Of a DNA stretch of 64,000 nt, positions 58,743 through 64,000 are shown one piece after another. Within the stretch, counting starts at the first letter, position 1; each line of letters starts with the position of its first letter. This DNA comes from an uncultured Rikenellaceae bacterium. Lineage in GTDB: Bacteria; Bacteroidota; Bacteroidia; Bacteroidales; VadinHA17. The notes under the pieces are model-generated. The model was not told where the DNA came from. It saw only the letters and a program-made list of their open reading frames with translations, and did not search any database. The translations under genes were made by a program, and so were the position numbers. The DNA lies in assembly GCA_964637415.1 (NCBI GenBank), contig CAZWUB010000003.1, positions 269 to 64,268 of the forward strand. Direction: 5' to 3'.

Positions 58743-59645
58743 ATGGTACTGAAGAGCCTTAATGACCTGAGAAGTATTGTGGCCGGCAGGCCGGGAAAGA
58801 AACTTGTGGTTGCAGCCGCACAGGATCAGCATTCCATGGGAGCTGTTGTACGAGCATGGAAAGACAATGTAATTGAACCTGTACTTGTCGGGGACAGGGA
58901 GAGCATCCTGAATATTTCAGCAGATAATAACTATGATATAACAGGGGTCAGTATCGTTCATGAGCCGGATATTGAAATGGCCACTCAGCTTGCCGTAAAA
59001 ATGGTGAATAATCATCAGGGCGATATTCTGATGAAGGGGAAGGTAGGAACATCAATTCTTCTCAAATGCGTTCTGAACAGGGAATGGGGCTTGAGAACAG
59101 GAAACATGCTTTCGCATTTTGCTCTTTTTGAAGTAGATACTTATCATAAGGTTATTGCAGTAACAGATGTGGCGATGAATATTGCTCCAAATCTTCAGGA
59201 AAAGATTGCAATAATTAACAATTCGGTTGGCTGTCTTGTGAAGCTTGGATACCATATGCCAAAGGTTGCAATACTTGGTGCCGTGGAGATGGTGAATGAA
59301 AATATGGAAGCAACACTCCATGCAGCTTTGCTTTCAAAAATGAACCAGCGCGATCAGATAAAAAATTGTATCATCGACGGGCCTCTGGCCTTTGATAATG
59401 CCGTAAGCCTTGAAAGTGCGAAACATAAAGGTATCCGGAGTGAGGTTGCCGGTGATACTGACCTTTTGCTTATGCCTGATATAGAGGTAGGTAATGTACT
59501 TTATAAATCACTTGTTTTCTTTGCCAAAGCCAGGGTTGCTGCAGTGATTCTCGGGGCAAGGGTCCCGATAGTCCTGACCTCAAGATCCGATTCTGAACAG
59601 GCAAAATTTGACAGTATCCTTCTTGCGGCAGCTGCAAGCCGGTAA
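58743..59645 (+). CDS. ptb: Phosphate butyryltransferase-type acyltransferase (paralogue 1)
   Basis: 300 aa PTA_PTB-family protein. Reads KLVVAAAQDQHSMGAV, GDILMKGKVGTS, DGPLAFDNAVS, DLLLMPDIEVGNVLYK. Confidence 0.8.
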   Translation: MVLKSLNDLRSIVAGRPGKKLVVAAAQDQHSMGAVVRAWKDNVIEPVLVGDRESILNISADNNYDITGVSIVHEPDIEMATQLAVKMVNNHQGDILMKGKVGTSILLKCVLNREWGLRTGNMLSHFALFEVDTYHKVIAVTDVAMNIAPNLQEKIAIINNSVGCLVKLGYHMPKVAILGAVEMVNENMEATLHAALLSKMNQRDQIKNCIIDGPLAFDNAVSLESAKHKGIRSEVAGDTDLLLMPDIEVGNVLYKSLVFFAKARVAAVILGARVPIVLTSRSDSEQAKFDSILLAAAASR

Positions 59646-59660
59646 ATAACAAAATCAGCA

Positions 59661-60563
59661 ATGATCAGTTCCCTCGGTCAGATGGTCGAAAGGGTGCTTT
59701 CAATGAAGAAAAAGCACCGCATCGCTGTTGCATGGGCTCAGGATGCAAATACAATCGCCGCCATAAATCTGGCTGTAAGAAATGGTTTTGCAGATGCCAT
59801 AATGATCGGACAACCTGAAAAAATTTCTGAGGTCTGTGCCAGTAATAGTATAGATCCCGGGATATTCACAATAATTAGTTGCGAAAATGAAACCCTTGCT
59901 TCTGAGACTGCCGTACAGATGGCTAAGTCGGGAAGTGCTGATATTGTCATGAAAGGGCTGGTGGGAACAGATATTTTCCTTAAAGCCGTGATTGATAAAA
60001 GCCATGGACTGATGCAACCCGATGCCGTTCTGAGCTATGTGGGAGTGATTGAATTACCTGAATACGATAAGCTATTATTTGTTACTGATCCTGCTGTAAT
60101 TCCTTATCCCGGATTAAAGCAAAAGATCGCAATGACTGCATATGCAATTGAAATGGCACGAAAATTTGGTATCGGGAATCCAAAGGTGGCACTGATCGGA
60201 GCTTCAGAAAAAGGAAGCCGGCATTTTCTGTATTCTTCGGATTATGCGGGGATTAAAAGTATGGGTGAATCGGGGAAATTCGGTAAGTGTATTATAGACG
60301 GTCCCCTTGACCTTTACCTTGCCTGCGACAGGAAAAGTGTCGAGATAAAAGGAGTCAGTACACCCGTTGCCGGTGATGCAGACATCCTCCTTTTCCCGTC
60401 CCTTGAAGCCTGCAATCCTTTTTACAAATCACTGATGCTGTTTGGTCATGGTGAACTGGGCGGACTTTTAATGGGAACCGACAAGCCTGTTATACTTATG
60501 TCGAGAAGCGAAAGTGAAAGATCAAAGTATTACTGCATTGCACTTGCTTGTCTGATGGACTGA
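59661..60563 (+). CDS. ptb: Phosphate butyryltransferase-type acyltransferase (paralogue 2, divergent)
   Basis: 300 aa. Reads RIAVAWAQDANTIAAI, ADIVMKGLVGTD, DGPLDLYLACD, DILLFPSLEACNPFYK. By eye it is roughly one-third identical to paralogue 1. Confidence 0.75.
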   Translation: MISSLGQMVERVLSMKKKHRIAVAWAQDANTIAAINLAVRNGFADAIMIGQPEKISEVCASNSIDPGIFTIISCENETLASETAVQMAKSGSADIVMKGLVGTDIFLKAVIDKSHGLMQPDAVLSYVGVIELPEYDKLLFVTDPAVIPYPGLKQKIAMTAYAIEMARKFGIGNPKVALIGASEKGSRHFLYSSDYAGIKSMGESGKFGKCIIDGPLDLYLACDRKSVEIKGVSTPVAGDADILLFPSLEACNPFYKSLMLFGHGELGGLLMGTDKPVILMSRSESERSKYYCIALACLMD

Positions 60564-60600
60564 AAGGTCACTATATTTGTTCAACTTATTGTTAATGTGC

Positions 60601-61674
60601 ATGGGAAAACGACTGATCCTGGCAATTAATCCGGGTTCCACCTCAACAAAATTTGCTCTTTATGAAGAAGAGGAACTCATATTTGAGAAAAATCTCCCAC
60701 ATTCAATAGAGGACATAAGTCCTTTCAGGGAGATCACCGACCAGCTGGATTTCAGAAAAGAACTGATAATTAATGAGCTTAGAGACAGGAAAACCAATCT
60801 TTCGGAAATATGTGCAATTGTTGGGAGAGGAGGGTTGGTCAGACCTATTGAATCCGGAATATATGAGGTAAATGAAAAGATGATCTCAGATCTTAAGAAG
60901 GGACTTATGGGACAGCATGCCAGTAATTTGGGAGGACTGATTGCAAATGGCTTAGCTGCTGATATGCCAAACTCAAGAGCATATATTGTTGATCCTGTGG
61001 TTGTTGATGAACTACAGCCTGTTGCCAGAGTATCAGGACATCCGGAAATAGAAAGAGTCTCAATCTTTCATGCTCTTAACCAGAAAGCCGTGGCAAGGAT
61101 GTTTGCAGCATCTGAAGGTAAGCCTTATGAAGCTCTTAACCTGATAATTGTACACATGGGTGGTGGAATTAGTGTCGGTGCGCATCGAAAGGGCAGGGTT
61201 GTTGATGTGAATAATGCACTTAACGGAGATGGCCCGTTTTCTCCCGAACGGTCGGGAAGTCTGCCTGCAGGACAGCTGGCCGACCTTTGCTTCAGTGGTA
61301 AATATACCCACGCTGAAATAAAGGCAATGATAACCGGAAAAGGCGGAATGGTTGCTTATCTCGGTACAAACAGCTTTATGGATGTTTGTAAGAGAGCCGC
61401 TGAAGGTGACAGGAAAGCTATTCTGATCAGGGATGCAGCAGCTTATCAGACAGCAAGGGAAATAGGGGCAGCCGCTGCAGTTCTCGAAGGTGATATAGAT
61501 GCAATAATCCTTACTGGAGGGATGGCAAAACAGGCCGACCATGTGGAAAGGATCAGAACTATGGTCAGGTTTATTGCCCGGGTTGTGGTCTTCCCCGGTG
61601 AAGATGAATTAAAATCTCTGGCCTACAATGGTTTGCTTGCACTTGACGGCAAGATAGAAATCAGGGATTACTGA
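60601..61674 (+). CDS. buk: Butyrate kinase
   Basis: The ORF opens at TTG 60577. ATG 60601 (or 60595) gives MGKRLILAINPGSTSTKFALY. Also reads GRGGLVRP, QHASNLGG, VHMGGGISV, LTGGMA. Confidence 0.9.
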   Translation: MGKRLILAINPGSTSTKFALYEEEELIFEKNLPHSIEDISPFREITDQLDFRKELIINELRDRKTNLSEICAIVGRGGLVRPIESGIYEVNEKMISDLKKGLMGQHASNLGGLIANGLAADMPNSRAYIVDPVVVDELQPVARVSGHPEIERVSIFHALNQKAVARMFAASEGKPYEALNLIIVHMGGGISVGAHRKGRVVDVNNALNGDGPFSPERSGSLPAGQLADLCFSGKYTHAEIKAMITGKGGMVAYLGTNSFMDVCKRAAEGDRKAILIRDAAAYQTAREIGAAAAVLEGDIDAIILTGGMAKQADHVERIRTMVRFIARVVVFPGEDELKSLAYNGLLALDGKIEIRDY

Positions 61675-62356
61675 AAGCAACGGGAATTACTTTACCATTA
61701 AAAAACCTGCTTCCTTTCACGGCAAATTCTCCAATCAGTTCAGCCATCTCATCTGCTTTAACTGGTGCCTTAAATCCAGGAAAAGCTTCCTCAAACATCT
61801 CGGTCTGTACCGATCCGAGAGCAAGGCAATTAACTATTATGCCTTCTTCACGGAATTCTTCTGCAAGACATTCCGACAAACATGAGAGTGCAGCCTTTGA
61901 AGCACTGTAATAAGATAATCCCCTGTATTTTGAACTTCCCTGGAACCCTCCCATACTTGAAATATTAATAATATGAGAGCCTTTCTTCATCAGTGGCAGT
62001 AAAGTCCTGATAACAGATGCAGGTCCAAAGAAATTTGTTTCCATTATTTTTCGGACTTCCTCTGATGTGAAACCGGCAAAGCTCTTTGAAATCAGCAAAC
62101 CGGCGCTGTTTATAAGAACATCAACAGTGCCAAGCCTGGAGGAAACAGCTTTTGCGAATGCAGTTGCCTGCCCCTCAAATTCTGATATATCAAGTTGATA
62201 TGTAATTATTCTGCCCGCTGCAGGTACGGTTCCCAGCTGATTAAGGGCATCTCTATTCCTTCCGGTCACAAGTACTGTGTTGTCTTCCTTTTTTGCGAGA
62301 AAGAGGGCTGTCTCTCTTCCTATACCCCTTGTTCCGCCATTTACTATGATGTTCAT
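61661..62356 (-). CDS. Short-chain dehydrogenase/reductase (SDR)
   Basis: Reads VNGGTRGIGRETA (TGxxxGxG-type), NSAG and YSASKAAL (YxxxK). 231 aa. Convergent 14-nt overlap with buk. Confidence 0.8.
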   Translation of the reverse strand: MNIIVNGGTRGIGRETALFLAKKEDNTVLVTGRNRDALNQLGTVPAAGRIITYQLDISEFEGQATAFAKAVSSRLGTVDVLINSAGLLISKSFAGFTSEEVRKIMETNFFGPASVIRTLLPLMKKGSHIINISSMGGFQGSSKYRGLSYYSASKAALSCLSECLAEEFREEGIIVNCLALGSVQTEMFEEAFPGFKAPVKADEMAELIGEFAVKGSRFFNGKVIPVAFSNP

Positions 62357-62416
62357 TTTACAGAATGATATATAATAAAATGTTTTTTTTCGTTTATTTG
62401 TATGACAACATCAAAG

Positions 62417-62430
62417 TTACAAAAATGTAA
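62417..62430. promoter_or_regulatory. TTACA-AAAA-TGTAA inverted repeat abutting the start codon of the 62433 gene
   Basis: gTTACAAAAATGTAAttATG has the same half-sites as the palindrome array at 63614..63997 but a 4-nt spacer. Confidence 0.3.
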
Positions 62431-62432
62431 TT

Positions 62433-63026
62433 ATGGTTACTATAAAATATTTTTCAGCTACCCGAAGAATCATTCCTGCAATAATAATAACAGCAATCTT
62501 TCTGACCTGGCCTGCAATTGTCAGTTCGCAGAAAGTGAATAAAGATATACCACCGCTTCGCGAAAGGATATTCTTTGGCGGGGAATTCGGTCTCCAGTTC
62601 GGAACTTACACAGATATTGAACTAGCACCGGTAATCGGCTTATGGTTACTGCCACGTGTGGCTGTTGCAGCCGGACCGGAATATACCTATTATGCAATTA
62701 AAAACTATGGCAGCACCAGTATCTTTGGTGCAAGAGTATATACCCAGCTGGTTCTTATACAGGATATCAATAATATAATACCGGCAGGAATTCATTTAGG
62801 GCTGTTCGTTCACGCGGAGGATGAAATCCAAAGCTTCGAGTCTGATTTCTGGAACAATACTCAGGCCGGTTCGGAGCGGTTTAATGTTAATGCCCTTCTT
62901 TTCGGCGGAGGTATAAGTCAGCCGATGGGACGGCGGGGAGCACTCAATATTATCGCTTTGTGGGCATTGGATGATCCTTACGAGATCTACAGTACTCCTG
63001 AAATACGGATTAGTTTCACATTCTGA
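62433..63026 (+). CDS. Putative small outer-membrane beta-barrel protein
   Basis: Signal IIPAIIITAIFLTWPAIVSSQ. Alternating beta-like pattern and a C-terminal ...EIRISFTF ending in Phe, the classical OMP signature. Confidence 0.55.
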   Translation: MVTIKYFSATRRIIPAIIITAIFLTWPAIVSSQKVNKDIPPLRERIFFGGEFGLQFGTYTDIELAPVIGLWLLPRVAVAAGPEYTYYAIKNYGSTSIFGARVYTQLVLIQDINNIIPAGIHLGLFVHAEDEIQSFESDFWNNTQAGSERFNVNALLFGGGISQPMGRRGALNIIALWALDDPYEIYSTPEIRISFTF

Positions 63027-63126
63027 TTAATTCCAATTTTCTCTTTTCAGGCATTCATAAAAAGATATTTCTCTCAGAATATCAATTGATTTAATCATTT
63101 TTGAGAGTATTATTTTCACAAATTAA

Positions 63127-63159
63127 CCTTGTCAGAATTCAAAATTTGAATCTGACAGG
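63127..63159 (+). terminator. Imperfect hairpin about 100 nt downstream of the 62433..63026 gene
   Basis: ccttgtcagaattcaaa / tttgaatctgacagg gives about 15 bp with two single-base bulges. No U-tract follows, so the terminator function is doubtful. Confidence 0.25.
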
Positions 63160-63225
63160 AGGAGAGTCAGTGAAAATTGAACTTTACAGAAGTTAAAATT
63201 CATTTCTGCAGTTCCCGTTGGTTGG

Positions 63226-63330
63226 TTTCACAACCCATCCATCCCTTCACCTTAATTTCTATTCACAACTCTATCCCTTCCCATTCCACTTGATTCGTTT
63301 CATAACCCTATCCCTTCCCTTCCCCTTAAG
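63226..63330. repeat. Three direct ~26-nt pyrimidine-rich repeats (TTCAyAAC-CyATCCCTTCCC-type), period 35-37 nt
   Basis: The copies start at 63226, 63261 and 63298, as read directly from the sequence. Confidence 0.75.
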
Positions 63331-63344
63331 GTTAAGGGGAAGGG
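63317..63344. repeat. Near-perfect 28-nt palindrome CCCTTCCCCTTAA-gg-TTAAGGGGAAGGG
   Basis: The 13-bp arms at 63317..29 and 63332..44 were verified base by base. Confidence 0.9.
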
Positions 63345-63368
63345 TCACTAAAGTTGAATCTATGTTAC

Positions 63369-63398
63369 CCCCCTTCCCTTGGTCTTAAGGGAAGGGGG
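63369..63398. repeat. Hairpin CCCCCTTCCCTT-ggtctt-AAGGGAAGGGGG
   Basis: The 12-bp arms at 63369..80 and 63387..98 were verified. A further half-copy AAGGGGGAAGGG lies at 63402..13. Confidence 0.9.
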
Positions 63399-63438
63399 AT
63401 AAGGGGGAAGGGTTAAGATATGCAAGAGGGGAAGAGAG

Positions 63439-63494
63439 GATGAGGAGATGAGGAGATGAGGAGATGAGGAGATGAGGAGATGAGGAGATGAGGA
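63439..63494. repeat. Octanucleotide tandem array (GATGAGGA) x7, perfect
   Basis: Read directly. The minus-strand ORF 63360..63629 (SSSPHLLISSSPHLL...) is just its translation. Confidence 0.95.
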
Positions 63495-63613
63495 TAAAAA
63501 GGGGAAGACATATATAAAAGACAGGGTAAAAGGAAGAAATACTGAGGTCGGCTGGTTGCTGTGATAGGGAAGGGCAGAGACTGAAGTGGTAAACCCATTC
63601 AAAAATAACCAGG

Positions 63614-63997
63614 TTACAGATGTAAACACAGCATCAAAGCTGAATATTCACTTATGTAATCAGATTAATTATAATCATTAAATTACAAATGTAAAATTTC
63701 CTGAGATTTAAAATAAGTAATTTATAATATATATAAAATCAATACATTATACTGCCTCAAGTAACTGATTACCCATAATAAATCTGACTTTACGATGTAA
63801 AATACTGTTATTTGGTTTAGATATATCTTATATATACTTATAAACCAGTATTATAATGATCTAATCTAAAGTTTTACATCATAAATTAAAGAAAATATAT
63901 GACTGATTTACAATGGATTAATTTCATAATGATATCTGATAAACCAGTCAGGCATTTACAGAATTACACATGTAAATAACATTAATTACACATGTAA
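63614..63997. promoter_or_regulatory. Cluster of TTACA-N2-TGTAA (TTACAnATGTAA) palindromes in an ORF-free AT-rich region
   Basis: Perfect sites: 63614..25 (GA spacer), 63683..94 (AA), 63964..75 (CA) and 63986..97 (CA; 22 nt centre to centre from the previous one). A one-base-short variant is at 63790..63800. Half-sites are at 63956..60 and 63872..82. Confidence 0.5.
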
Positions 63998-64000
63998 TTT

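Noticed and set aside
63226-63330. Three ~26-nt direct repeats with regular spacing, which look superficially CRISPR-like
   Set aside because: The spacers are only about 10 nt and the repeats are degenerate and pyrimidine-only. No cas genes are present and there are only three copies, so this is not a CRISPR array.
63360-63629. 89-aa and 61-aa minus-strand ORFs (SSSPHLLISSSPHLLISSS...)
   Set aside because: They are the mechanical translation of the (GATGAGGA)x7 array and flanking purine/pyrimidine tracts, so there is no coding signal.

Overview
This 64-kb window reads as core chromosome of a Bacteroidota (Bacteroidales-like) anaerobic fermenter. Support for that placement: a T9SS C-terminal sorting domain, TAnnTTTG -7 promoter boxes, an ExbB-ExbD-ExbD-TonB cluster, and pta/ackA/ptb/buk. 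The window starts inside dnaA, which is open at the left edge and therefore missing from the ORF track. I support about 52 protein-coding genes and one RNase P RNA. I recognised no rRNA, tRNA, CRISPR array, transposase, integrase or defence-type gene. Most genes are housekeeping: dnaA, rpsF-rpsR-rplI, dnaX, secA, dapA, ligA, argS, ffh, folD, aroE, truA, queA, rarA. Five things deserve a second look. (1) An AmmeMemoRadiSam locus with unusual architecture. AmrB and AmrA are fused and carry a Sec-type signal. A polytopic spermidine-synthase-like protein is wedged between that fusion and AmrS. AmrS has a Tat-like N-terminal extension, and a SiaC-like gene lies upstream. (2) An A10 run containing A AAA AAG in dnaX at the gamma/tau boundary, with both shifted frames closing within 3 and 7 codons. 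(3) A set of 7-nt tandem arrays sitting on or next to stop codons and carrying stop triplets in the sense orientation of the gene they follow, often beside C-rich-box plus GC-hairpin modules. (4) An array of TTACA-N2-TGTAA palindromes in a roughly 1-kb ORF-free region at the right edge. (5) A pta-ackA-ptb-ptb-buk supercluster. All functional calls rest on motifs I can read in the translations. No database search was run, and several start codons are reassigned from the longest ORF on local evidence.
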